Source: a virus (lineage: Duplodnaviria; Caudoviricetes). Taken from it: 64,000 bases of DNA. A model generated the notes under the pieces. The model saw nothing but the letters and a program-made list of their open reading frames with translations, was not told where the DNA came from and ran no database searches. A program made the translations under genes and the position numbers. The stretch lies in IMG/VR virus record IMGVR_UViG_2681812962_000001, positions 27,407 through 91,406 of that record; one strand, given 5' to 3'. Positions 50,870 to 60,523 of this stretch are shown piece after piece. Each line of letters opens with the position of its first letter. Position 1 is the stretch's first letter.

Positions 50870-51574
50870 TTGATGATCGTTGGAGGTATGTTGGGGGTAG
50901 TTGGAGTAAGTCTTATGCTACCTGATCAGGAATTAGCGGAACATCCACCGCCCAGTTACTTGGCTTCCAGTATGGGAGCCGAGGTGCTGGAAAAAGGTAG
51001 TCCTCATAAGCTTGAGCAGCCAGTGCCGATTAGCAAAATGATGGATGAGGTGAAGCGCTTAGAAAATGAACAGCGACTCGAGAGAGCTCGAAAAGCAGTA
51101 GAAAAAAAGAGAAAGGGAGAGGAGAAGCGAAAGAAAGAGGAAGAGGAGAAGCGCAAAGCTGAGCAGGCAAAGCTGGCAGAAGTACAGAGAAGACTTGAAG
51201 AAAAGAAGAAGATGAGGGAGGGAGCAATGAATAGGAAGAGTAGTGAAAAAGTTGCGCAAGAGAATTCTTCAGTTACTATGGAAGCAACTGCATATACCAA
51301 CGGCGTAGAAAGTACAGGAAAGCAGCCAGGTGATAAGGCTTATGGCATTACTGCAAGTGGAAAGCACACTCAAGAGGGGTTAACGGTGGCTTGCCCACGA
51401 TCTTTTGGGATTGGGACTTGGGTAAACATAGAGGGCATTGGTGACAGACGCTGCGATGATACTGGCAAAGATATAGTTGAGGGTAGAATCGATGTATATA
51501 TGAGAAATCTTTCGGAAGCTCAAGAATTTGGTAGGAAAGCCGTCAAGGTCACAATATTAAACAAGGAGGGATAA
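50870..51574 (+). CDS. yorM: 3D-domain cell-wall protein (YorM-like)
   Basis: N-terminal hydrophobic segment, coiled coil, ATAYT...GITASG...DDTG...RIDVY. Confidence 0.85.
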   Translation: MMIVGGMLGVVGVSLMLPDQELAEHPPPSYLASSMGAEVLEKGSPHKLEQPVPISKMMDEVKRLENEQRLERARKAVEKKRKGEEKRKKEEEEKRKAEQAKLAEVQRRLEEKKKMREGAMNRKSSEKVAQENSSVTMEATAYTNGVESTGKQPGDKAYGITASGKHTQEGLTVACPRSFGIGTWVNIEGIGDRRCDDTGKDIVEGRIDVYMRNLSEAQEFGRKAVKVTILNKEG

Positions 51575-51575
51575 T

Positions 51576-52085
51576 ATGAAAGATATGCTTATCTTCATTG
51601 AGGGAACAGACTGTAATTTTAAAAGTACAATAGCAGCAATTCTATCTGAAGAACTCAATTATAGCGTTACAAAAGGATCTTCTTTTGAACTTGCTTCTAA
51701 AGGTAATAAGGAGCTGTATGTACATTTTAGAGCAATAGCAGACTTAGAGAAGGGAATTGTAGATCGCTATATTTACAGCAACTTAGTTTATGCTTCTAAG
51801 TATAGGGATTTTTCTATCATCAATAATACTCAGAAAGTACACCTGGAAAGCCTTCTCAAAGACAAAAGTGTAGTTCTATATCTGTTTGCAAGTGATGAGG
51901 TTGTACAACAGCGTATCGAACAAAGAGGAGACGAATACATAAATACTAAAGATATCTCCGAATTAAACAAGAGTTATTCAAAAGTTATGGAGTCATCAGG
52001 GATGACCGTATTGTCATTTGACACAAGTAAGAACAGTAGCATTGAAATTGCTGAAAGTGTTTTGAAATGGCTGAAGAGAACCTAA
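51576..52085 (+). CDS. yorR: YorR-like deoxynucleotide kinase-type P-loop protein
   Basis: IEGTDCNFKST, DRYIYSNLVYA, RIEQRGDEY. Confidence 0.8.
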   Translation: MKDMLIFIEGTDCNFKSTIAAILSEELNYSVTKGSSFELASKGNKELYVHFRAIADLEKGIVDRYIYSNLVYASKYRDFSIINNTQKVHLESLLKDKSVVLYLFASDEVVQQRIEQRGDEYINTKDISELNKSYSKVMESSGMTVLSFDTSKNSSIEIAESVLKWLKRT

Positions 52086-52324
52086 GGACACTTGAAATCA
52101 TTAAATCTCTTATACTTAGAAGCAATGGAAAAATTACCACAGAGAAGCAATTACTTCTTACATATTGGATGAAGATAGACAATGTTAGCATGGACAAAAC
52201 GAATATCATAACAATAGACTTCTTAGAAAAAGCGACAGACCCCTGTTACATACTAGACTCCTTATCGATGCTAGAAACTATTGAGGGGAGGCGCCTGCTA
52301 GGAAGTAAAAGAGGAGCAATATAA
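52067..52324 (+). CDS. Hypothetical protein
   Basis: 85 aa, overlaps neighbours within the operon. Confidence 0.55.
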   Translation: MAEENLRTLEIIKSLILRSNGKITTEKQLLLTYWMKIDNVSMDKTNIITIDFLEKATDPCYILDSLSMLETIEGRRLLGSKRGAI

Positions 52325-52695
52325 TGAGCATCAAACAACACCGTAAAATAAGAAGATTGAAAAAGGAAATAAAAATCCTTAAAGACAACTTACAAATAAA
52401 CCTGAACAGAAGCGTTAAAAAGTATCTTGCCAGTCAGAATATAGAAGGTTCTAAAAAACAGCGCCACTTCACCGGGCTCTATGACAGATTCAATCGTCCA
52501 ATACACGATGACGATATTGTATATTACCGTCCTTTTTTTGCTAATGATCTTACTAAGGGCAGGGTTTATTTCTATCGAGGTCAATATAAAGTGGGTAGTA
52601 GCAGCTTACATTTAATACACGACAGATGTGAAATTGTTAAGAACTTTAGCGAAGGTAGCAAGCATAAATCTCCAAGTAGTGGAATAAAGAGGTGA
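52324..52695 (+). CDS. Protein with a YopX-like C-terminal domain
   Basis: FTGLYDRFNRPIHDDDIV resembles the YopX QxTGLxDxNGxxIYEGDI motif. Confidence 0.55.
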   Translation: MSIKQHRKIRRLKKEIKILKDNLQINLNRSVKKYLASQNIEGSKKQRHFTGLYDRFNRPIHDDDIVYYRPFFANDLTKGRVYFYRGQYKVGSSSLHLIHDRCEIVKNFSEGSKHKSPSSGIKR

Positions 52696-52700
52696 CGCTT

Positions 52701-52895
52701 ATGAGAGACAGTATATCTAAGGATCAAGCTGTATTACAATTGGATGAGATAAAAAGGCAGTTAGCAGACCTTCAGAATTACATAGAGAATTATTTTCCAC
52801 GCAGCTTAAGTACTGAATGGAGAGTTATTGACACTTTGATGGAAGACATAGATAGAAATATTAAAGACTTAGAGAGCAATATTTACTGGATTTAA
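52701..52895 (+). CDS. Small coiled-coil hypothetical protein
   Basis: SD GAGGTG plus ATG at 52701. Confidence 0.55.
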   Translation: MRDSISKDQAVLQLDEIKRQLADLQNYIENYFPRSLSTEWRVIDTLMEDIDRNIKDLESNIYWI

Positions 52896-53018
52896 ATAAA
52901 ATAATTATGAATTACCCGTTGACATAGGTTATTAAACACGCTAAATTAGATATATTAAGTAAAATAAAATTATGTTGTTGAGGTGATTTGTAAGCAGGGA
53001 TGAGGATTAATATTAGGA

Positions 53019-53201
53019 TTGTACTATTTTGAAGCGTGGTGGAACGGAACGAGAGTTCAACGGAAATTTTCCACAGACAAACAAGCAGAATTATACTTAA
53101 AGAGAAGAAGAGCATTGAATGGAGAAATCCGAAAATGTAGTATAGATGGTACTACACTCAGCACAAGGCAGTTTAATCCTTACGTTGGCCAAGAGGTCTA
53201 A
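53019..53201 (+). CDS. Small hypothetical protein, start uncertain
   Basis: 60 aa ORF downstream of promoter TTGACA-17-TAAATT at 52919. Confidence 0.4.
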   Translation: MYYFEAWWNGTRVQRKFSTDKQAELYLKRRRALNGEIRKCSIDGTTLSTRQFNPYVGQEV

Positions 53202-53496
53202 TTTTGAGGAGGTGATTGATCGCAGAATGCTCCCAAAGAGAGAATGGCCTATCGTTCCTTATGATGGGTTAAGGATTATGTAGGGCCAGTAAACCCAGAA
53301 AGGTTTATGATTTTCATCTTAAAGGAGAGCCAAAGCTGAACATGCAAACTATGTTAATTCCAAGAAATAAAGGCTGAACAATACTGGTTTAATAGTCTAA
53401 GAGCTAAAGCTATGCAGCTAGTAAGTGAGGACTCAAACTACAATCGCCAGCTTACTTTACGCCACTTGAAAACAGTAATGAACAGGGGGTGTTCGA

Positions 53497-53772
53497 TTGA
53501 GTAAAAAATATTATACTCATAGAAGCAGCGTGGTTACTGTGGAGCAGATAAACGGCACCTCTGAATACAAGGTAACTGATTGTCATGGAGAGGTCAGTTA
53601 CACAACAGAGTACGGTCTAGAATCTCAGTTTGTTGAAGTGAAAAAAGCAGATCATTCATTTTCTTTGGAAGAAATAGCTGCAAGATATGCATCAATGATG
53701 CAGTTAAATCAAGAAGAAGATGAGCACTACATAAAAGGTACGGAAGAGCTCAGTCTAAATAGATACAAGTAA
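53497..53772 (+). CDS. Hypothetical protein upstream of RNR
   Basis: 91 aa, SD AGGGGGTG plus TTG. Confidence 0.6.
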   Translation: MSKKYYTHRSSVVTVEQINGTSEYKVTDCHGEVSYTTEYGLESQFVEVKKADHSFSLEEIAARYASMMQLNQEEDEHYIKGTEELSLNRYK

Positions 53773-53798
53773 AATAAAATAAATATAGGAGTGATAAA

Positions 53799-56090
53799 TT
53801 GACGGTAATTACTAAAAATAGCGGCAAAAGAAAACTCGAATTTGATCAAGATAGGCTCTCTGCTTTTATTGAAAAGCTAGCTGCAGATTATCCAGAACTC
53901 CAAACAGAAAGCTTGCAGCGAAAGGTTGCTGGATATGTGACTAGCAGAGACGAGATGAAAGCTTCAGAAATAACTGCTGAACTGACTAGAACTTCTTTGG
54001 AACGTATCCAGAAAGAAGAGCCTAATTGGACATATGTAACTGCAGCTGTGCATCTAAAAAAACTCTATAAGTCAGCAAGTAAGAACAGAGTATACGAAGC
54101 TTCAAAGAGGTATGGAGAATTCTATTCTTTGATTACTACGTTAACTAACATTGGTATTTACAACCCTATGTTACTAGAGACGTATTCTAAAGAACAAATA
54201 AATGAACTAGAATCAGAAATTGACGCTGATAGAGATAAGCTCTTTACTTATATCGGGCTGAGAACACTTGCCGATAGATATTTAGCGACTGATCATAAGG
54301 GCAATGTTTACGAATTGCCTCAAGAGCGATTTATGATTATTGCCATGACAGTTATGAGTAAAGAACCAAAAAGTATGCGTATGCATTACGTTAAAGAGGC
54401 ATACTGGGCACTAAGTAATTTATATATGACAGTAGCCACACCGACTTTATCAAACGCTGGAAAGAGCTATGGCCAACTATCTAGTTGTTTCATTGATACA
54501 GTGGATGACAGCCTACAAGGAATTTTTGATAGCAATACAGACATTGCTAACTTGTCTAAGAACGGTGGGGGCATTGGTGTCTACCTAGGCAAAATTCGTA
54601 GCAGAGGCAGCGCAATTAAAGGATTTGAAGGAGCTTCGTCTGGTGTGCTTCCGTGGATGAAGCAGCTAAACAATACAGCAGTTAGCGTCGATCAGCTAGG
54701 TCAGCGAAAAGGTGCTATAGCGACTTATCTCGATATTTGGCACAAGGATATTTATCCTTTCCTCGATGCTAAACTGAACAATGGAGACGAACGCCAAAGA
54801 ACACACGATATCTTTACTGGAGTTTGCATCCCAGACATCTTTATGGAGCAGGTACAAAAGCGAGGAGACTGGTATTTATTTGACCCTCACGAAGTTCGCC
54901 GGGTAATGGGTTATTCTCTAGAGGATTTCTACGATGAAAAACGTGGGGAGGGTTCATTCCGAGAGAAGTATGATGAATGTGTAAGCTGCAATGATTTAAG
55001 CAAGGTTAAAGTTTCTGCTATTAATGTCATGAAACGAATTTTGAAAAGTCAACTAGAAACAGGCACACCATTTATGTTCTATCGTGATGAAGTTAACCGT
55101 CAGAATGCCAATAAGCATGCAGGTATGATCTATTCCAGTAACCTTTGTACAGAGATCATGCAGAATCAAAGCGCTACAGTTATGACGGAACAGACTACAA
55201 AAGACGGTAAGATTATCATTACTAAGGATCCTGGTGACTTCGTTGTATGTAACCTTTCATCCATTTCTCTGGCTAAGGCTGTTATAGAAGGAGTTTTAGA
55301 GCGACTTATTCCAATACAGGTACGTATGTTAGATAACGTGATTGATCTAAATACAATACCTGTGCTACAGGCTCAGTTTACTAACCAAAAGTATCGTGCT
55401 ATTGGGCTTGGAACATTTGGCTGGCATCACTTGCTAGCACTGAAACAGATTGAATGGGAAAGTGATAAAGCTGTTGCATATGCAGATAAACTTTATGAAA
55501 AAATTGCTTACCTGACAATTCAATCAAGCATGAAGCTGGCAGAAGAAAAAGGAGCTTATCCTATCTTTGAAGGATCTGAGTGGTCTGATGGCACTTATTT
55601 TGAAAGAAAAGGTTACACCAGCGCTGTATCTGAGCTAGATTGGAAAGAGCTTCAAGCTCAAGTGAAGCAATTCGGTATTAGAAATGCTTATCTTATGGCT
55701 GTGGCTCCTAACTCATCAACAGCTTTAATTGCTGGAAGCTCAGCTACAATAGATCCAGTTTTCCGTAATGAGTATTCCGAGGAAAAGAAAGATTTCAAGA
55801 TACCTGTTACAGCACCTGGGATCACAAAGGAAAACTTTGAGAAGGTGTACAAAAAGACAGCCTATCTAATTGATCAACAATGGAGCATTAAGCAGAATAC
55901 AGCTCGTCAAAAGCATATTGACCAAGCATCATCGTTTAACCTATACGTTCCGAATACTATTAAAGCAACGGATATGTTGGATTTACATATTGCAGTATGG
56001 GACTCAGGCATTAAAACTTCTTATTACTTTAGATCAACTAGTAGTAATGATGATATTAAAGAAGAAGTATGGGAGGAAAACTTGGATTGA
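53799..56090 (+). CDS. nrdA: Class I ribonucleotide reductase alpha subunit with an ATP-cone-like N-terminus, lacking the C-terminal CxxC
   Basis: VATPTLSNAG, QLSSCF, SSNLCTEI, VVCNLSS, VAPNSS, TSYYFRS; the tail DDIKEEVWEENLD has no Cys. Confidence 0.92.
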   Translation: MTVITKNSGKRKLEFDQDRLSAFIEKLAADYPELQTESLQRKVAGYVTSRDEMKASEITAELTRTSLERIQKEEPNWTYVTAAVHLKKLYKSASKNRVYEASKRYGEFYSLITTLTNIGIYNPMLLETYSKEQINELESEIDADRDKLFTYIGLRTLADRYLATDHKGNVYELPQERFMIIAMTVMSKEPKSMRMHYVKEAYWALSNLYMTVATPTLSNAGKSYGQLSSCFIDTVDDSLQGIFDSNTDIANLSKNGGGIGVYLGKIRSRGSAIKGFEGASSGVLPWMKQLNNTAVSVDQLGQRKGAIATYLDIWHKDIYPFLDAKLNNGDERQRTHDIFTGVCIPDIFMEQVQKRGDWYLFDPHEVRRVMGYSLEDFYDEKRGEGSFREKYDECVSCNDLSKVKVSAINVMKRILKSQLETGTPFMFYRDEVNRQNANKHAGMIYSSNLCTEIMQNQSATVMTEQTTKDGKIIITKDPGDFVVCNLSSISLAKAVIEGVLERLIPIQVRMLDNVIDLNTIPVLQAQFTNQKYRAIGLGTFGWHHLLALKQIEWESDKAVAYADKLYEKIAYLTIQSSMKLAEEKGAYPIFEGSEWSDGTYFERKGYTSAVSELDWKELQAQVKQFGIRNAYLMAVAPNSSTALIAGSSATIDPVFRNEYSEEKKDFKIPVTAPGITKENFEKVYKKTAYLIDQQWSIKQNTARQKHIDQASSFNLYVPNTIKATDMLDLHIAVWDSGIKTSYYFRSTSSNDDIKEEVWEENLD

Positions 56091-56299
56091 GACATCTATT
56101 TGAATACAAACTTAAGGGTGAAGAAGAAACAGACGAACAGGCTATTACCACGGAAACTGAAGAAGAAGCGAAGGCTCTAATTAAAGAAAGAATTGCTGAC
56201 TTTAACTTTATTGAAGAATCTGAGATTGAATGGGTCAAGCACATTGGCTCATCAAACCCTAAAGGGGATACATATTACGAATGTGAAGGGTGCACTTGA
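56087..56299 (+). CDS. Small acidic protein ending in ECEGCT, the RNR-alpha C-terminal redox motif (stand-alone or reached by -1 frameshift)
   Basis: TTG overlapping the nrdA TGA, SD GGGAGG at 56071; alternative ATG at 56069. Confidence 0.7.
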   Translation: MRHLFEYKLKGEEETDEQAITTETEEEAKALIKERIADFNFIEESEIEWVKHIGSSNPKGDTYYECEGCT

Positions 56300-56700
56300 T
56301 GCGCCCCTTCATTTATCTTGTCTATAGCTCAATTAGTGGAAATACGAAAGACGTAGCTCAAATCATAAAAGGGAAAATGGCTAGTCTTTTTGATGTGATT
56401 GAGTACCGCATCAGCGACTTCGAAGTCCCCCCGACTATAGAGCAAAATGATGTACTTATCATCGGATCCTATACATGGGGGTCAGGAGAAACACCTGCAG
56501 AAGTTAAGGACTTTGTTGCGGAACTAGGTATCAAACCAGATACCGTCTTCGCTTTTGGTACTGGAGATACTCAGTTTGGTGGAGATGAGATGTTTTGCAT
56601 GGCAGCTGACAAGCTTACCAAGTTCTACAATTCACCGCTTAAGTCGCTAAAGGTAGAGCAATCTCCTAGAGGGTCACAAGAAAGAGAAATCGAAGAATAG
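56299..56700 (+). CDS. Flavodoxin (RNR-associated, NrdI role), possibly truncated by a premature TAG
   Basis: YSSISGNT, GSYTWGSG, AFGTGD, FCMAAD. Confidence 0.85.
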   Translation: MRPFIYLVYSSISGNTKDVAQIIKGKMASLFDVIEYRISDFEVPPTIEQNDVLIIGSYTWGSGETPAEVKDFVAELGIKPDTVFAFGTGDTQFGGDEMFCMAADKLTKFYNSPLKSLKVEQSPRGSQEREIEE

Positions 56701-56717
56701 ACGAAAGAGGTAATGAA

Positions 56718-57755
56718 TTGGTTAAATTAAATCGAGCTACTGTACTAGAGCCTTCGAATCCCAATAAATCCACTGCTTTGTTTAACGGAGATGCAAGTGG
56801 GATTCTACACTGGGATAACGTTGCTTACCCACACTTTTATGAACTAAGAAAAACAATAAGAGCACTATTCTGGACGGCTAATGAAGTGAATATGGTAGCA
56901 GATACAAAGCAGTTTGCCCAACTGAGTGAGAAGGAACGTACGGCATTCCTTAAGATTATCGGTTTGCTAGCGACACTTGATGCACCACAGACAGACATTG
57001 CTTCTAAGATTGCTGCTTTTTCAACTGATCCAAGTGTTAAATCGATACTGGCAACAATTGCTGACCAGGAAAGCGAGCATAACCATAGCTACACATATGT
57101 ACTTGCTTCAGTCACAAACTATGATAACCAGATTGCTTCCTTTAATGAGGGTCGAACAGACAAAGTACTTCTAGAACGCAATGAGAGAATCGCTGCAATC
57201 TATAATGAATTTGCTGCCGATCCTACAATTCAAACCGCACTTAAGGCAATGGTATATTCAAGCCTTTTAGAAGGATTATTCTTCTACAGTGGGTTCGCGT
57301 TCTTCTATAACTTAGCACGCAATCAGAAGATGGTCGGTACATCCACAATGATTTCCTACATCAATCGGGATGAACTCCACCATGGTAGATTTATCAGTGA
57401 ACTGTTCCGTGCGACACTAACTGAGAATCCAGAATACAATAACGATGAATTCATTGAATGGGTATATAATCAATTCCGCCATTCTGTCGAGCAAGAAACA
57501 CGATGGAGCCGTTATGTCTTGGATGGTATCGATGGGATCAACTTGGATGATATGGAAGGCTACGTAAAATATCGTGCGAACAAAATGCTTCGTATGCTAG
57601 GGTTGAGTGAAATTTACGAAGGCTACGAAAAGAACCCCATGAAATGGATCAAAGCATATGCAGACAACTTTAATGGAACTAAGTCTGATTTCTTTGAGCA
57701 GAAGTCCAGACAATACACAAAAACTAGCGACCTTAATGGATTTGACGATCTTTAA
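56718..57755 (+). CDS. nrdB: Class I ribonucleotide reductase beta subunit
   Basis: Metal ligands D, ExxH, E, ExxH; radical Tyr in HNHSY; LEGLFFYSGF; DFFEQKSRQY. Confidence 0.92.
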   Translation: MVKLNRATVLEPSNPNKSTALFNGDASGILHWDNVAYPHFYELRKTIRALFWTANEVNMVADTKQFAQLSEKERTAFLKIIGLLATLDAPQTDIASKIAAFSTDPSVKSILATIADQESEHNHSYTYVLASVTNYDNQIASFNEGRTDKVLLERNERIAAIYNEFAADPTIQTALKAMVYSSLLEGLFFYSGFAFFYNLARNQKMVGTSTMISYINRDELHHGRFISELFRATLTENPEYNNDEFIEWVYNQFRHSVEQETRWSRYVLDGIDGINLDDMEGYVKYRANKMLRMLGLSEIYEGYEKNPMKWIKAYADNFNGTKSDFFEQKSRQYTKTSDLNGFDDL

Positions 57756-57775
57756 TTAAAGAGGAGAATAAATAT

Positions 57776-58024
57776 ATGAAACTATTAAAACTAGAACAGC
57801 CAGATTGCAGAGGTTGTGTAGAAGTTGGAAACATTCTTAACAACTCAGAAGTAGAATACGAAGCTATTGATGTAGTGGAAAATCCAGAAGTAGCTGATCG
57901 CTATGGTGTTATGGGGCTGCCTTTAACCTTGTTGGTCGATGATAAAGGCAAGACATTACAGCGCGCCGTTGGAGTAGATCGGCCGGCAATTGTAGAGATG
58001 ATTGAAAAGATAAAAGGAGCTTAA
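57776..58024 (+). CDS. Thioredoxin/NrdH-like redoxin (YosR-like)
   Basis: CRGC, VMGLP. Confidence 0.85.
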   Translation: MKLLKLEQPDCRGCVEVGNILNNSEVEYEAIDVVENPEVADRYGVMGLPLTLLVDDKGKTLQRAVGVDRPAIVEMIEKIKGA

Positions 58025-58032
58025 TTACATAC

Positions 58033-58539
58033 ATGACTAAACAATACAACCAAGTTAAAGAATTTCATAAAGCATTTAGCCATCAGCAAAGCGACCAGCC
58101 TACTCCAATGAGTGAGGAAGTAGCCTTAAATCGAGCAGTTTGGTCTGGGGAGGAACTAATTGAACTACTATATGCAACTGTAGGAGGAGAAATTGGGCGA
58201 TTTCAGGAGCTTTATGAGCAGTTCCTCAAAGGATTGCAAAATGCTAAAGAAAAGATGGTACGCGAACGAAAAACGGTAGATGATATCTTGACTGCCCAGG
58301 CTGATGCACTTATTGACGAAGCATATTTTAATAATGGATCCTTTACTATCTTGGGTGTAGAGCCGGGTCCTTTGTTTGATATTGTACATGCTGCCAACAT
58401 GGGTAAACTGCACGATGGTGTTCCTAAGTATCGTGAATCTGATGGTAAAATTATTAAGCCAGAGAACTGGGAGAGAGATTTTGCACCAGAAGGTAAGATC
58501 AAAGCTGAGATCGAACGTCAAAAAGGTTTTAGTAAATAA
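58033..58539 (+). CDS. MazG-like all-alpha nucleotide pyrophosphohydrolase (likely dUTPase)
   Basis: VKEFHKAF, EELIE, QADALID, VHAANMGK, DGKIIKP. Confidence 0.8.
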   Translation: MTKQYNQVKEFHKAFSHQQSDQPTPMSEEVALNRAVWSGEELIELLYATVGGEIGRFQELYEQFLKGLQNAKEKMVRERKTVDDILTAQADALIDEAYFNNGSFTILGVEPGPLFDIVHAANMGKLHDGVPKYRESDGKIIKPENWERDFAPEGKIKAEIERQKGFSK

Positions 58540-58582
58540 AATAAAAGTGAATATTAATTAAGGATTTAAAAGGGGGACATTC

Positions 58583-59494
58583 ATGTCAATAGCTGACGTT
58601 AAATACAAAGAGTTGTTACAAGAAGTGCTAGATAACGGTGTTTGGGATTCTAATGGCGAAGTTCGGCCGACCTATGACGATGGAACTCCCGCATATTCCA
58701 AGAGTTCATTTGGGCATCAAGTAAAGTTCCAGCCAGGGGAGTTACCTATCATTGGTTCAAAGCATACGCCAGTTAAAGGATCCATTAATGAAGTTGTGCA
58801 GCTATTCTTCAAGATGAAGAGTGTAAGGATAGAGGATGCGGAAAAGTTAGGAATTAAATATTGGAAGGAATGGGCTCAGGATGATAGTACGATTGGTAAA
58901 AGCTATGGATATCAGTTGGCACATCAGAAAGAGCTTGTCACTATAAAAAGGGATACCAAGCTTGAGAGACACGAGGATAGCAAATACTATTTGCAGGACG
59001 TAAAGGCTGGAGAACAGATATGGCTCAATCAGGTAGACAGTTTGCTGTACAATCTTAAGGAAAATCCATATTCCCGTAGACTAATGTTCTCATACTGGAA
59101 TCCGAAACATGTATACGATAAATCATTACAGGAATGCGCATGGGCAGGTGAGTTCAATATTAGGGGAGATCAGCTAGATTTCTGTCTTATCCAAAGATCA
59201 GTTGATCTACTACTAGGCATTCCGACTAACTGGGTAGGATACTACGCTCTACAGTGTGCATTTGCAAATATACTTGGCTTTAAAGTTGGTACATTTACTC
59301 ATCAAATGGGGAATATTCATTTATATGATAATCAGATTGAATTAGCCAAAAAAGTCATTACAGCAGAAGAATATGATCAGCCAACACTGTGGGTTAACCC
59401 TGAAATTAAATACTTCTACGATTATAAAGTAGACGATATTAAAGTTTTCGACTACCAACATGGCGAGAGAATCAGATCAAAGCCAGCGATTTAA
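58583..59494 (+). CDS. thyA: Thymidylate synthase
   Basis: YWKEW, GKSYGYQ, PYSRR, LQECA (catalytic Cys), QRSVD...N, NIHLYDN. Confidence 0.9.
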   Translation: MSIADVKYKELLQEVLDNGVWDSNGEVRPTYDDGTPAYSKSSFGHQVKFQPGELPIIGSKHTPVKGSINEVVQLFFKMKSVRIEDAEKLGIKYWKEWAQDDSTIGKSYGYQLAHQKELVTIKRDTKLERHEDSKYYLQDVKAGEQIWLNQVDSLLYNLKENPYSRRLMFSYWNPKHVYDKSLQECAWAGEFNIRGDQLDFCLIQRSVDLLLGIPTNWVGYYALQCAFANILGFKVGTFTHQMGNIHLYDNQIELAKKVITAEEYDQPTLWVNPEIKYFYDYKVDDIKVFDYQHGERIRSKPAI

Positions 59495-59546
59495 TAATAG
59501 GAGGGCAGTATTCGTTAAATAAACAAGATAAAAAGGAGATCAATAA

Positions 59547-59780
59547 ATGAACTACACACACGTTAGATGCTTATCAACTATTACTGAAGGAGACATTACA
59601 TATAACTTGCAAGGCCGCACATACGAGATTATTAGCATGGATACAGTAGCTAACACTGTGCAAATTGAATGTGAACCATTTGACGCAACTTTAGACGGTA
59701 CCACTACTGACGAGTTTGAATTGAAAATGGATGACAAACGGATTGAGCTATTCATTTTTGATCCGATCGATGAGGTATGA
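59547..59780 (+). CDS. Hypothetical protein
   Basis: 77 aa, SD AAGGAG. Confidence 0.6.
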   Translation: MNYTHVRCLSTITEGDITYNLQGRTYEIISMDTVANTVQIECEPFDATLDGTTTDEFELKMDDKRIELFIFDPIDEV

Positions 59781-59827
59781 ATATGTATCTCATAAGAAAA
59801 GCGTACAATTAAGTACGCTTAAACCTA

Positions 59828-60115
59828 TTAAACTACTGATATAGATTTAACAGCAGATCTTAGATATATTGTTTCGTTTTTTCCTTCACCTAATGCAAAG
59901 GCATCATGAGAGAGAATAAAGCCTGTAATCCCTAGGTGATCGCCAGTATTCAGAGCAGAGGGAGAGCCATTAGTATCTCCTTCTAATGTACCTACGTATT
60001 TTATAGATAAGTAAAACTCTTCGTTATTCTCACGAGGAGCATTATCAATACCGACTAATACTGTTTCATTTGTTACTTCGATACTTTGTCCATCTAGCAA
60101 GTTAATTAGAATCAT
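59828..60115 (-). CDS. Hypothetical protein, reverse-oriented moron
   Basis: SD GGAGGTG plus ATG at 60115, TG-TATAAT upstream. Confidence 0.65.
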   Translation of the reverse strand: MILINLLDGQSIEVTNETVLVGIDNAPRENNEEFYLSIKYVGTLEGDTNGSPSALNTGDHLGITGFILSHDAFALGEGKNETIYLRSAVKSISVV

Positions 60116-60268
60116 AGAATCACCTCCATCAATAAGAATATTATACCAAATTAAACTTAGTGGAGATAAGAGGAGCAAGAGGAAGGCGAGTTCGGTAATA
60201 CATCCTTAAGGTATGTAAAAGCCTTAATTATGAGATTAGGAGCTAGAAAGGTGAAACAAGTAGATTAA

Positions 60269-60523
60269 TCATAGCGAGATTAGTCCGGCAGTATGTAGTG
60301 TAGTGAGGCAATCTAAGAAGAAGTCGTGGTTGTCGTATCCGCTATACTCATAGAATTCTCTTTCGTTAAAATGTTGTCCCTCTTTTTCCAATCTTGCTAA
60401 AGCAACCAGCATAGCAAGCTCGTCTGAGCTTAGATCGAATTGTTCTGCAGATTCAATATCTATAGCAAATGATTCCGTATCAACAAAAGCAGTGTCGTAA
60501 GCGTATTGGGTAACTTTTAACAT
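60269..60523 (-). CDS. Small acidic protein, possibly winged helix, reverse-oriented
   Basis: SD GAGGTG, 84 aa. Confidence 0.6.
   Translation of the reverse strand: MLKVTQYAYDTAFVDTESFAIDIESAEQFDLSSDELAMLVALARLEKEGQHFNEREFYEYSGYDNHDFFLDCLTTLHTAGLISL

Noticed and set aside
51004-51300. Overlapping Ser/Phe/Leu-rich minus-strand ORFs
   Set aside because: Antisense of the purine-rich coiled-coil coding stretch in the yorM-like gene.
53213-53490. Strong SD GAGGAGGTG followed by short frames
   Set aside because: Multiple stops and no recognisable product; probably a decayed gene, not annotated.
56040-56290. Group I intron or intein explaining the RNR alpha split
   Set aside because: The intervening 200 nt is an open, protein-like frame with its own SD. 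I see no intron core or intein terminal motifs, though this was not computed.
58583-59494. ThyA as a possible dCMP/dUMP hydroxymethylase for DNA modification
   Set aside because: The dUMP-specifying Asn (GIPTN) is retained and no glycosyltransferase or other modification genes are adjacent.
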